A stretch of 63,454 bases of DNA, filler included, from Octopus bimaculoides (taxonomy: Eukaryota), in NCBI RefSeq assembly GCF_001194135.2. It is 6 parts of 4 records of this genome, joined end to end, with 100 filler letters (N's around TTAATTAATTAA, not from the genome) between each part and the next. Parts side by side here need not be neighbours in the genome. Positions count along the whole stretch, not along the records: positions 43,178 to 61,320 come from NC_068989.1; positions 61,421 to 63,454 come from NC_068991.1; 4 more parts are not named here. The stretch is one strand, 5' to 3'. Made by a program: the position numbers and the translations under genes. Of this stretch, positions 48,996 to 62,064 are shown piece after piece. Each line of letters begins with the position of its first letter. The first letter of the stretch is position 1. Below the pieces are notes generated by a model that saw nothing but the letters and a program-made list of their open reading frames with translations, was not told where the DNA came from and made no database searches.

Positions 48996-49964
48996 TGTAG
49001 CGTACGCCTTCAGGGAGACTTCTCTCTCTGTTATATATACATAAATACGGACGTAGTGGATAACAGCTAGCCTTTGGCTGCATCTTTGGACCCTGTTGTG
49101 TCCACCACTCTGATTGGTTGGTATTGGTGCAGTTTGTCTCTTGTTCAAATGCAACCCAACCAATCGCAGCCTTCAGATAAGGTCATGTGAGACAGTCTTT
49201 TCTAAACTTCCGGTGAACTGACACCATGATATAAAATGCTAGCTTTACGCTGCCTAGAACGTCTTCTGGCTCCAGACCTTCTGAGGTCTAGCCACTGACC
49301 ACAGAGCACACAGCCAGTTCCAGCGATGACACAACAGCAGCGACATGGAGACTTAACACTCAACCAACAGCATAGGGTAATCTTCATCTTCGTCGCCTCC
49401 ACCTACTTAATGTCATCAACAACTTCTTGCTATGTACACAGCAACCAGCAGCACTTGCATAGGTTCTATCTCCACACTGTTTGTGGTTAACCATGGTTAA
49501 CAGCAAATACAACCTGCAACAACCTTCTGTAATGAGTAACCGAAGCGATGACCTCTCACGACATGTGCCTCTCCCTGACTTTGCATTGTGGCCTCAACTT
49601 CTTGATACAGCACCTTAACTACTGTGTACCTTGACTACGAACTGGTATTTATCATCCTTGTATCTGGACTTTCTTCTAACATCATATTATAGACTCTTTC
49701 TATGCTCTGAACTTATCGCACACACATACATCCATGTCTGTACGCACACACTTTATATACATGACAGCCTGTCTATTATTATGTTTATATGTTGCACTCA
49801 CACAGACACACAAGTTAACATATAAATAAAATCTTCTCTTAAACATTCTACCGGTTGTGTCTCTCATTTCCTTCTGGCACCTATACTCATTTAACCTTTT
49901 TCCTTCCATGAACAATGTAAGGAATTGTGAAGCACCCAGCAAGTGCTAATCACATTTTCCTACA
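48996..49964 (+). mobile_element. Solo LTR (969 bp)
   Basis: AATT|TGTAG...CTACA|AATT: 5-bp terminal inverted repeat and 4-bp TSD. Internal CCAAT-like motifs, TATAAAA near 49230 and AATAAA near 49825 give the orientation. Confidence 0.78.
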
Positions 49965-51616
49965 AATTTATAAACATAGAGTCCAAATGAAAGCTATTCT
50001 TTACATGAACACTTTGTCACATGTGGAGACTATGAAATAATTCCAACATACATATACCTCTGTACTGGTGGTGTATCTTAAAATGAATAAAATGGGTGGG
50101 AAGAGGAAAGAAAAGCTATTGGATTTTGAAATGGACATTAAATTCTCATTCATTTATATTTTCACTTGTTTGTTTGTAACAATTTTTCCATGTAAATGTT
50201 TTTAAAAATTATTTTTCTTAACTTTTCCTGTTGTAATATATATGGATTTTTTATCACAATCTAGACGTATATCTACTTCATTTTGTCAACATATAACTTC
50301 AGGTGTTAATATCATTACTATTTATTCCAAGTTCAATGTTGGAACAAGAATCTGATTATGTGAACTACTGAAGAACTTCCTCAAGAGAACGATTTAAGAC
50401 ATATCTTGGGAAAATCTGGACAATTTTCAGTAAGCATTTGTATATTGAAAGAGCTTCACATTTTCAAAATCTGAGTTTTTTTGTTTGTTTGTTTGTGTGT
50501 ATTTGGAATGAGCATATTACAATTAGATACACATCTTAAAGACAGTCACTATTTCTTCAAATGAAATAGTATGAAATTTTCAGCAGGAGGAAAGTTGAAT
50601 TAAATGCTATCACAACCCAATGAAATTGCTGCAACAGAATTTCAGCCAATTATACTGAATAGGTCAGTATGTTGATTACTCATGCATATCTAAATAAAAT
50701 ATGTATCTAAAAATAGGGAATGAATGGGAGATTTTAGAAGCATTTCATTAAACAAAAAAAAAAGAAAAAAATGCAATCAAATTTATCTGACTCTTTTATA
50801 ATAACTAATTTATGTTGAAAGATAGCAAAAACATTTTTATTAAAGACAACAAAAACAAGAACAACAAAATAATTAAAAACAAAAGTTGATGAAGTTACAA
50901 TAGATTAAATAGTAAAATACAGGACCAACACCAGTGCAGTGCAAAGAGGAGAAAACAGCAAATTTTTAAAAGTAAATTTACTTGAGAAATACCTGAAGGG
51001 TAACTGACAAAATTCTCTGAAATCAGAACAAACTAATGAACAACATAAGTCTATTTAATAGTGGTTCTAAAGCAAAGACAAACATTTTACTGAAATAGTA
51101 GCAATATTGAAGTACGAATTTACTTAAAATATCCAGCTATAGTGGTCATTTTGTTTTGGTTGAGTTGGGGTAGTAATAGTGGTGTTATTGTTACTACATA
51201 GTTCTGTTCAGCTCATTTCTGAAATACTGAACTATAATGGAAGTAATGGATTCAGTATTTGGTCCAACTCCTATGTCAGAGGTAGGTGGTCAAGCAATAA
51301 TTAGCTATTTGTAAGTCTAGTGTACTGTAGTGATTACTTAGGATTGAACTTAATGCTTAGTTAATGTTCTAGCTGTAGTAATTCTGACTTTATTTCAGAA
51401 ATAAAGTCCCAAAATTATAAAGTACATAATTTCTATTTTACATACAGTAGTGATGTATAGTTGTAATGTTATAATTATTAACATATTATTCAGTTAAAAG
51501 AATAATAAAAAGTAACCCTATTTTAGTAATTTGTATTTGAAAGGAAGTATGAGTGCCAGTCATGCCAATAGATTTTCTTGCTGCAGCCATTGCTTTGTGC
51601 CTTTAGGCAAGACTTT

Positions 51617-51641
51617 TAAAGCTGCTACATTTTATCTGAGG

Positions 51642-51698
<57 letters not shown>

Positions 51699-51722
51699 CT
51701 CAGATAAAATGTAGCAGCTTTA
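51617..51722. repeat. Perfect 27-bp inverted repeat flanking a (TA)n run
   Basis: taaagctgctacattttatctgaggtt / aacctcagataaaatgtagcagcttta. Confidence 0.9.
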
Positions 51723-54529
51723 TTTATTTACTTATTTATTTAATTATATGTATGTATATATGAATGGTTGCTGTTAAGAACATGCTGTGTAAACACTAAT
51801 GTAAAATTTCAATTAAACAAGAAGATAACTAAATAAGTTTTCAATGAGTCCATCACACTAAAGAATATTAGATTGTGTTCCTGACAATGAGACTTAGCTT
51901 TTCAAAGTTTAGTCCACCTAGTCATAGATAAGTATCATATGAGATACGATTTTTCATTGTATAACTGACAGAGTAAAATAAATTGCAGTATGGGGATCAC
52001 TTTCTGCTTTCACTTTAGTGTCATCATGCAGACAAAGACTTCAGCATTGGCCATTTGGTATAAAGAATTAAGGAATATAAGTTACACATAACAAAGTAGA
52101 AAATGAGAACATTATACAAATCAAGATAGTAACTGTGATATGTTTGTACATGCATTATCTTCAAACATTTAATAAGTTACAGCCAACCAATTTGGCTCAC
52201 TACATTAAAAGTGAACAGAAGTTAACAACAATGAACATTTTTACGGGACATAAACCTCATGTTCTTCCTCTGATGCATATTCTTTGTGTTGTTACTTAGC
52301 TTTTGTTGAGTAGGGCTATGCTCAAAGGCATTCTAGCTGTGACTATTCCACCATTTTTTCCAGGAAATCTGGTTATTACTGACTAATTATCCAGTGTCTT
52401 CTTTTTAAAGATAGTAAGGTGTAATACAAGAGGATTTGGTTGCTATTTCTAGTAAATTGAGCAACCGTGTACAGGATTCTTTGACTCATGCTTCCACTAT
52501 ATGACATGAATGAACATCACATGTTATATTTTTGACATCTTAATGCCTAATATCATAAACTTACTAACCTTACAGATGAATAGGTAGCAAATTATGAGAT
52601 ATTTTAACAATTCTTTGGCTTTTCCCCAGAGATTGATTGCCAGAACTGATATGTTACAAAACATATAGATAGTACAGAAACCTGATTCTAAATCTTGGTA
52701 TTGTAGTTTGGACACAAAAGTGCCAGAAAGTGATTTTTTCTATTAGTTGCATTAAATTAGAGTTACAGTAGTTGTTGCTGTTGTTTAACCATGGATGACA
52801 CTAAAGTGAAAGCAGAAATTGATCCCCATACTGGGTTAGCCTTGATTGTGACCATACCCACTTTTTTTCGAGTAAAGTTTATCTGGGACTATTTTATCCA
52901 ATATATCCTTCCCATTATTTAAGAGAGCAGGGTGTGAAACAACTGCAATTTTACTTCTATCTCTTGCAGGTCACATGGCCACAGAGAAGCTCCTTCACTG
53001 CCCTGTGCTCTCAGTATAGTCGGTATAAAAACAGAGAAAATCCTTAATATTACAATATCTTCTTCAGTTTGTCATGCTTGTCAGGTTATCAATTCCTACT
53101 GGTGAATGACTTATCTTCCTCAAAGTATCTTTTAAAAAGAGAAACATATTTATGCAGTTTGTTGTCAGTGTTTCAAAGAGATTATACAGAAATAGTTTCT
53201 CAATGGTTTCTTTGATAAAGTTTTAGAATATCATTAAAGTGAAAATATCTACAAGGAACTGAAACCATATCACAGGTTCATATTAACAAGATTTTATTTA
53301 CATTCTAATCTAAAATACATTTTCTCCCATTTCAGATTAACCAAATTACACACTAGTAACAAAATATACCAGTTATGTGAATGAATAACATATATAATAC
53401 AAGCCAGTCCCCTGATAAAGACTTTTAAAATTGAATATCAATGCATTTTATTTTACTGTTTTACATTCACATTTTCATGCTTACATGGATGGAAGGATTT
53501 ATTTGCGGGAACAAATATTTTCATAGCAGCAAGCCCTTCTTAATAAAAATTAATAGCAGAAAGCAGTTACTAGATTAAAATACCATACAATAATAGTTTC
53601 AACTTACCTAAAATATTATTGGAAAGTGACTTTACCTATTATTTCTTGAAAGTCATTCTGTCCCTCATCCCACCCATCATTAGTTTAGTTGATCTCTGAG
53701 GAAAGCACTAGAGTGTTGTAATTTTCAGGGAAAAGATCTATGGTCAAGATAGAGTCACTTCATTTACATTGCTTATGCCCTCAGAAAATGCATTAATATC
53801 ACAACTCTTACCTCCCAAATAAATGTATAAATGTGATAACTCATTCCTATGTAAAGATCGAAATTTTCAATTAAAATTCTTGGTCAGTTGTTAACATTTC
53901 ATTTACATTCCTAATACTTACAAAAATGATATGAATATCACATATTCCTTCTCCATTAAGTAAAACTTCATATCTAATTTAGAAAATATTTAGAAAAATA
54001 AGTTATTGATAGTAATTTTGATTAAATTGGATTTTAAAAAAATACCCAGTTGCTTCCATTTGACATTTTAAATTTGATAAAACTGATATCTTTTTAAAAA
54101 CTGGTATTGGAGACTAGAGAATTGCATCGAAAGAAATTTTGAGAAAAATAAAACAGAAATTTAGACTCAAATTTAAATTGATAAATGAAGTGAAAACTGA
54201 ATTTGATTAAAGCAAAAATTGCTTTTGTAGTCAGATTTCAGGTTTAGCTTTAATTTCTATTTTTTCTTAATTTGATTTCATCCATTTATTTTGGTCTAGG
54301 AAAACATCTCAGTTTTACCAATTTTTTTCATTTTAGTGTAAATAATAACTACCATATTACAGACACACATGCGCACGCACACACACACATGTATGTATGC
54401 ATGTATGTATGTATGTATGTATGTATGTATGTATGTATGTATGTAGGTATGCATGTGTATATATATATATGTGTGTGTGTGTGTATGTATATTTATATTT
54501 GTGTGTATACATATATATATATGTATGTA

Positions 54530-54566
<37 letters not shown>

Positions 54567-54594
54567 GTAATAATGATAATAATCCTTTCTACTA

Positions 54595-54742
54595 TAAGCA
54601 CAACTGGTACTTATTTTATTGACCCTGAAGGGATGAAAAGTAAAGTCAAACTCAGCGGAATTTGAACTCAGAACGCAATGATGGGCAAAATATCACTAAG
54701 CATTTCATCCAGTGTGCTAACAATTCTGCCAGCTCGCACCTT
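54595..54742 (-). mobile_element. SINE family D, CpG-decayed
   Basis: Aligns to 22395-22540 with repeated CG to TG/CA changes. Confidence 0.8.
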
Positions 54743-54859
54743 ATGTTATAATAACAATGATAATTTATAGCAGGAATTTATAAATATTTTAATGCGTTGC
54801 TATGTGCATTTCGCACAAAGCTTAAGATCATGGTCCGTATTTCTGGGATGATTACAGTA

Positions 54860-55260
54860 CAGTCCATAGTATCCATAGACATCGGGTGGATCATATTTTT
54901 GCGTTCATTTCTTCAGGCACTATGGCATTAATGAATGTATAACTGAGGGTTGTTTGCCAATTTTGACCAATGAAAAGGTTGATTGAGGTATGTGGACAGT
55001 TCTGTGTGTATCTGGTGGGGAGGAGTGGAAGGTCATGGAAAGAAAGAAAGGAATGGTAGTTATAAAGGAGACGGAGGTGTGTCAGTGAAGTGATGTTAGA
55101 CTTATTTTGATATTTGAGTATGCAGATGTCAGGATGGGTAGTATAGTTCTTTGGTTTGACCTTAGTCACAGCAGGCATGCCCTCAATGAATCCAGATGTA
55201 GTTGGCTCAGCAGGTAGAGCTATTTGGTTGTTGGAGTTCATTGTCTGAGTTGACAAATGA
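54860..55260 (-). mobile_element. Possible LINE RT C-terminal relic
   Basis: RYTQNCPHTSINLF...TTLSYTFINAIVPEEMN weakly resembles the R-T-R...SFF-x-R-x-V-x2-WN end of CR1/L2-type ORF2. Confidence 0.35.
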
Positions 55261-55299
55261 TATTCTCTTAAAATGTCCTTTTAATTATTGTCAAGCAAT

Positions 55300-55335
55300 A
55301 GTGGGGGACAAACACAGACACACAAACATATATAA

Positions 55336-55370
<35 letters not shown>

Positions 55371-55490
55371 CATATATATGATAGGCTTCTTTCAGTTTCC
55401 GTCCACCAAACCCACTCACAAGGCTTTGGTCAGCCTGAGGCTATAGTAGAAGACACTTGCCCAAGATGCCATGCAGTGGGACTGAACCCG
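55300..55490 (-). mobile_element. SINE family A fragment abutting the Gypsy 5' end
   Basis: ggggacaaacacagacac...aaggctttggtcagcctgaggctatagtagaagacacttgcccaag...gggactgaacccgg. Confidence 0.8.
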
Positions 55491-55499
55491 GAGGAGGGT

Positions 55500-58400
55500 A
55501 TTGTGTTTCCTGTGTATTATAGAAGATACAAGGAAATTTTTAACAAGTGTAAGTCATGGTCGGAGTAGCAGAAAGTAAGGCTTTTACTATGCAAGGTAGC
55601 TCCCGCCAAACATGAGCATTACAGTAACTTTATTCTGCCCCAAAAGTCGAGTGAGATTGGTTTTCAAGAAACCATGGAATTGTTTTCAAAATTTTTTTGT
55701 GATAGAAGTTCATTATTCAACATCAGAATGGAATCTTAGAGCTTAACAAAAAATGAGGAGGAGGATTTTATCACCTATGTTGGAGTAGTCAACTGTATGT
55801 GTGAACATTTCAAACTCCAGGATCTCCCTCAGGATATGCTCAAATCAATTATTTTTGTGCAAGGACTTATAGCACCTGAAGATAAAGAAATTCAAGCAAG
55901 GATTCTCTACAGACTATCACAAAAGAATGTCAGACTATGGTAAATCTTAAACATGGTGTGAAAAAATATAATATAAAGACCCTGCAAAAATTCAAATGTG
56001 TTGTCCCAGGAAGCACAATCAAAAACAATGCCAATCCCCAATCCGTGTTATGGTTGTGGAGGCTTACACTACAAAAAGGATTGTCTGTTTAAAAACAGAA
56101 AATGCCATAGTTGTCAGAAGCTGGGACACAGGAGTTCTCATTGTAGAACAAAACTACAAGGCTCAAACACAAAAAGTTCTAAGGTGTTTTCAGCAGAGAG
56201 TGATTGTGACACAAAAAAAGAAAATTCGTGCTGGTAAAAATAAATGATGTGAATACCAAATTACAGTTAGACACAGGTAGTAACATCTCGATTATAAATG
56301 TGGATATTTAGAAAAAAAATTGGTAAACTTAGATTACGTAAAACAGTGAAAATAGCAGGGGTGTAACAGGTGATAAATTACATTTCATGAGTGAAACATG
56401 TATCGACGTCACATTTTGAGGAGAGACACGTGAAGCAAAATTATTCATTGTGGATAATACAATCGATCTGTTTGGCACAGATTGGTAAGAACTATTCAAT
56501 TTATGACACCTCCCTATAAATTTTTACTGCAATAACATAAATGGTTGTCCCATTAAAAACAAGTCTTCAGAAGAACTGAAGAAAAAATTGAAAATAAATT
56601 TCCCCACTTAGGTCTATGTAGAAGATGGAAGCCTATTGTACCTGTATTTAAAGCAAACGGAAAAGTACCGTTCATGGCAATTGAAACCGTTAATGAAGAG
56701 TTGGACAGACTCAAAAAGAGTGAAGTCATCAAAAAGGTAGATTACTCGAAGTGGGCAGCACCCATGCTATGTATTAAAATAAAGATTAGGCTGTGTGCCA
56801 ATTTCTCTACAGGATTGAATGACTGCTTAAAAACATACCACCATCCACTCCCAACTGCAGAGGACATTTTTTCAAAGTTAAATGGTGGAAAACTTTTTTC
56901 CAAATTAGATCTGTCTGAAGCCTATTTACAGATAAAAGTAAATGAAAAATGCTCAAAGTATTTGACAATAAATACACACAGAGGATTGAACAGATGCACA
57001 CGATTACCTTTTGGATTAAAAGTGGCACCAGTAGTATTCCAGCAAATCATGGATACTATGTTATCTGATTGTGAATTTGCAATCCCATACTTGGACAATA
57101 TTTTGTGAACAGCATGTGGAACACATAAAAGCTGTATTTAAGAAAATGAAAGTTTTCGGGTTCACTTTGAGCGAAGAAAAATGCGAATTCTTTCTACCTC
57201 AAATTAAGTAATTGATAAAAGTGGTAGATGTCCTGACCCGTCAAGGGCAGATGCAATAAGGAATATGCCTGTGCCAAAAATATCCCAACATTACAAGCGT
57301 TTCTTGGGTTGGCAAACTATTATCAAAGCTACATTCCTAATATGCACAAGTTAAGAGCTCCAGTGAACGACTTATTAAAAAAAGGAGTAAATTGAAATTG
57401 GTCCACTAAATGCCAGAACACTTTTGAAGAAATAAAAAGAATTCTAATCTCAGACCTGCTGTTAGCACATTATGATCCTAAAATGGATCTGATGCCTCTG
57501 AGCATGGATTAGGTGCAGCTCTACTTCATAAATAAATACAGAAGTACAAAACCAGTGGTTCATGTTTCATACTTGTTAATAGCAGCAGAGAAGAAATATA
57601 GTCAAATTGAAAAGGAGGCCCTAGCAATTATTTTTGAAGTTAAAAAATTTCACAGGTTTCTGCATGGCAGAAGATTTTATTGCAAACAGACCATAAACCT
57701 TTGCTGTCAATTTATGGGTCTAAAAAAGGGTTACTGACTCATACTGTGAACCGCCTGCAATGTTGAGGTGTAATATTGCTAAATTATAATTTCAAAATGC
57801 AATACATTCCACTGAAAAAAATTGGTCATGCAGACTACCTTTTGAGATTAATTCCAAAAAAATATGGAACCACTAGAAGAGACTGTTATAGCTGCACTGC
57901 AGGCAGAAGGTGAAATTAAAAGTGCTGTGATAAACATTATCCAAAAACTACCAGTGATGGCACAGGATATAAGAATGAAAGCTGTAGGTGATGAGTATAT
58001 TACGAAAATAGAAGAAGCTTTAAAAAATAAACAGAATTAAAATTCAGATGTGACAGTAGTTTCTCAATTTGTGATGATATTCTGATGTAAACCCAAAGAG
58101 TGGTGGTTCCAACTACATTACAAAATGGTGTGTTGCAACAATTTCACAATGGACATCCAGGAATGGCAAGGATGCAAGCTCTGATGAGGAGTTATGTCTA
58201 TTGGTCATCTATGGACCAAGATATCGAAAACTTGGTGAGAATGTGCCGAAGTAGCACACTCGCGGCTAAAGCCTCACCAGTAAAATATCAACCGTAGCCA
58301 GAGACGGAGAACCCATGGTCTAGGTTACACATTGATTATGCTGGACCGGTAAACGGCACTTACTACCTAATCACAGTAGATAGCTATACTAAGTGGTTTG

Positions 58401-59587
58401 CAGGTGCTATACCCAACCTCTAAGACAACTATAAAGTTCTTGAATTGTTTGCATGATCCGGTGTCCCTGACATGCTAGTTTCAGACAATGGAATGCAGTT
58501 CTCTGGGTATGAATCCAAGAACTTCTGTAAAAGGCATGCAATAAAGCAAATTTTCACTTCACCCTACCAAATGGGCAGGTAGAAAGATTTGTGGACACCT
58601 TTAAACGAACATTAAAAAAAAAGAGAGGAATGAATTAAGTAATGATGAAGAACTGACAAACTTCTTAATAATATACAGAGTAAGCCCACCTCAATCCAAA
58701 TACAAATTCAGGCAAGTCTCCCGCAGAATTGATGTTCACAAGAAGAATAAAATCCACTTTTGATAAGCTATTACCAGAGAAAAAAAGACATAGAGGAGAT
58801 ACAAAAGAGCCAACGAAATACGTTGAGATAGGTGATAAAGTGCATTTCAAAACCTATAGAAATGGTAAAGAAGGCTAGGAAGGTGGCCTTATTACCAGAA
58901 AAATTGGAAGTATGATGTATCTAATTAAAAGATCACATGGTGAACACAAGAGACATATAAACCAACTAAGGAAGAGGAATATGCGAGATCAGGAAGAAAT
59001 GCCATTGGAAGTATTTTGTGAAACATTCGATGTACCGGTACCAAAAGTAATAGAGTCCTGTTGATCAGCATGAGAAAAATAAAGCAGACCGAACATCTTG
59101 AGATAATGCCCAAGCGAAAGATACTAATATATATATATATANNNNNNNNNNNNNNNNNNNNNNNNNNNNNNNNNNNNNNNNNNNNNNNNNNNNNNNNNNN
59201 NNNNNNNNNNNNNNNNNNNNNNNNNNNNNNNNNNNNNNNNNNNNNNNNNNNNNNNNNNNNNNNNNNNNNNNNNNNNNNNNNNNNNNNNNNNATTCCGTTG
59301 GAACATGAAATCTCAAAAGGGGAGATGTTGTGTGAGAGTATGTTGCCTCCTGGCAAGAATGGACTGGATCACTGCATATGAATAGCAGTGATCTGAGTAA
59401 CTGAGATGGTTCATGCTAGTTCCAGAGTTTGTGTGTTGATAGTTCAAAATTTACAGTTCGTGTTAGTGTGTTGGATTGTTGGTTCTTAAAAGATTGTTGT
59501 TGTGTTCCATGTGGTTACTGCCATTTGTTTCAGTTATATTGTTATAACACTGTTGCAGTGTATTCATTTATTCATAAGAATATATCA
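55500..59587 (+). mobile_element. Decayed Ty3/Gypsy LTR retrotransposon (K02A2.6-like gag-pol), 5' LTR missing
   Basis: Gag knuckles CYGCGGLHYKKDC and CHSCQKLGHRSSHC; protease LQLDTGS; RT FSKLDLSEAYLQI..LPFGLKVAP..YLDNIL; RNase H DASEHGLGA and YSQIEKEALAIIF; integrase HNGHPGMARM..YVYW, LHIDYAGP, LVSDNG, GQVERFVDTFK. Many stops and frameshifts. Confidence 0.93.
59326..59587 (+). repeat. 3' LTR of the Gypsy element
   Basis: Polypurine tract aaaaggggaga (59315-59325) immediately followed by TGTTG...; ends TATATCA. The right boundary is inferred. Confidence 0.6.
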
Positions 59588-59925
59588 AATTTTTGTTGCG
59601 AATTAAAAATTGGGTTAAACCAAATAATTTCAGCAATGAATTAAAATGCATTAAAATAGCAATGCATTAAAATATTTATACATTCCATCCCTGGATTATT
59701 ATTATCATTATCATTACTATATTTATCCTACATTATGTCAGCATAACTCAGCGTTACCCCCAAAGAACTGGTATTTCCAGTTGGTATCACTAGGCTGTAG
59801 TAATGAAATAAGAGCTTAATATGCATATTCAAAATGTCTCCCGTAAATGAACTTAAAGGATATAAATTTTTAGTATGTATATTTATATATGTATGTATGT
59901 GTATGTATATATATATATATGTATA

Positions 59926-59961
<36 letters not shown>

Positions 59962-60049
59962 TATATATATATTAATAGTAATAGTATGACAACAAAACTC
60001 AGAGTTTTATTATGGCAACCAAATAATTGTCCCATATTATATTACAGAT

Positions 60050-60685
60050 CATCATCATCATCATCATCGTTTAACGTCCGCTTTCTCTGCTAGCATGGGT
60101 TGGACGATTTGACTGAGGACTGGCGAACCAGATGGCTACACCAGGCTCCAATCTGATTTGGTAGAGTTTCTACAGCTAGATGCCCTTCCTAGCGCCAACC
60201 ACTCCGAGAGTGTAGTGGGTGCTTTTACGTGCCACCAGCATGAAGGCCAGTCAGGCGGTACTGGCAACGGCCACGCTCAAAATGGTGTATTTTATGTGTC
60301 ACTTGCACAGGAGCCAGTCCAGCAACACTGGCAACGATCTCGCTCGAATGTCTTTACACATGCCACTGGCACAAGTGCCAGGAAGGCGACGCTGGGCACA
60401 GGTGCCATCACGATTTCGCTTTCGCTTGCCCCAACAGGTCTTCGCAAGCCAAGTTTCATGTCCAATGAAGGAGACGACATTGCCATGGGTGCTAGTCATC
60501 GAATTTAGTTCGATTTGGATTTCACTTGCCTCAACAAGTCTTCACAAGCGGAGTTTAGTGTCCAGTGAAGGAAGGTACGCATAAGTGGGCTGGCTACACC
60601 CCTGGCAGAGGCCTTGGACTTAGGTCTCACTTGGCTTGCCGGGTCTTCTCATGCACAGCATATTTCCAAAGGTCTCAGTCAGAAG
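60050..60685 (-). mobile_element. RTE-LINE 3' end (ORF end plus 3' UTR)
   Basis: Minus strand EAMTSD*DLWKYAVHEKTRQAK*, then the shared UTR ending aaagcggacgttaaacgatgatgatg. Confidence 0.8.
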
Positions 60686-61008
60686 TCATTGCTTCGATAT
60701 ATATATATATTGTTATGTTTCAGTATGGTAATTTTGTTTTGCCAAATAAACACATGCAGTATATATTTGTTTTTCACTTCAGCTTTATTGTTGTTCTTGT
60801 TTTTGTGTCCTTGGTCTTAAATCTTTTATCACACATGTGTCTCCTCCTGTTCTATTTATTTCAGTCTGTCTTTCTATCTTTCTATAGTGTGTATCACTAA
60901 ACAATAATAAAACTGAAGTGAAGAATGAATATATGATGCAAAAATAATTTCCACCCTGAAGTATAACAATATCTTATTCAACACATGATTTCACATCAGG
61001 AATCTTGC

Positions 61009-61051
<43 letters not shown>

Positions 61052-61420
61052 TCAGGAAGCTGATTGTTGTGGCTGGTCAGAGAGTGACCATTAGTTTTGC
61101 ACCTAACAAATGTGCTTTGCCATATAAACAACTCATCAGGCTCAAATGGCCAAAGGCAATAGCCTCTCTACAACTGGTGGGAGGAAGACATGGTCAGTTA
61201 GTTTTGTAAACAAAAAATACATTCAGAATGGCCATACAGAAAGTGTTACAGACAGGATGGGGTTATTTCCCTTACATAATCTGGTCCTGCCTGTAACATC
61301 CTCTGGATGTATGTCTTGTTNNNNNNNNNNNNNNNNNNNNNNNNNNNNNNNNNNNNNNNNNNNNTTAATTAATTAANNNNNNNNNNNNNNNNNNNNNNNN
61401 NNNNNNNNNNNNNNNNNNNN

Positions 61421-61460
<40 letters not shown>

Positions 61461-61570
61461 CTTAAACGAAAATACTATTGACACCGACTCCGAAGATTCG
61501 ACATGCGTAGCCGTCAACGGAGTGCGCTTAATTAGCCAAAACTTTGAAGTCACTGCCATCTATCTATCTT

Positions 61571-61620
<50 letters not shown>

Positions 61621-61621
61621 C

Positions 61622-61681
<60 letters not shown>

Positions 61682-61779
61682 ACCCATCCATCGATCCATC
61701 CATCCATCTACATATATGTTTGTGCGTGTGTATTTGTACATACATATATATATATACATATACTATATGTCTGTGCACA

Positions 61780-62020
61780 CGTTTGAATGTAGTGTATACC
61801 AGAAGGCTTGCAAATCCAATGGGGGTCTTACGAGACATGTTGGGATCCACAATGCGCAGAACTTACTTGCAGGTATTGGTAGTTCAAATCAGAGGTGCAA
61901 TCTGTGTGGGTGCTTTTTCAGAACATTGTCTGGTTTAAAAAACCACATCAGACGCCATGAAGGGGCTAAGGTGTAGGGTACATGAGGTGGTCAAACACTG
62001 TGTAAGGAGTAGACAGCCTC
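61780..62020 (+). mobile_element. Double C2H2 zinc-finger-encoding 3' end of a probable LINE (copy 2)
   Basis: [23 protein letters not shown]...[26 protein letters not shown], plus tail gaggtggtcaaacactgtgtaaggagtagaca. Confidence 0.65.
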
Positions 62021-62064
62021 TATACATATACATCACATTTATAAAATATATATAATATATCATC

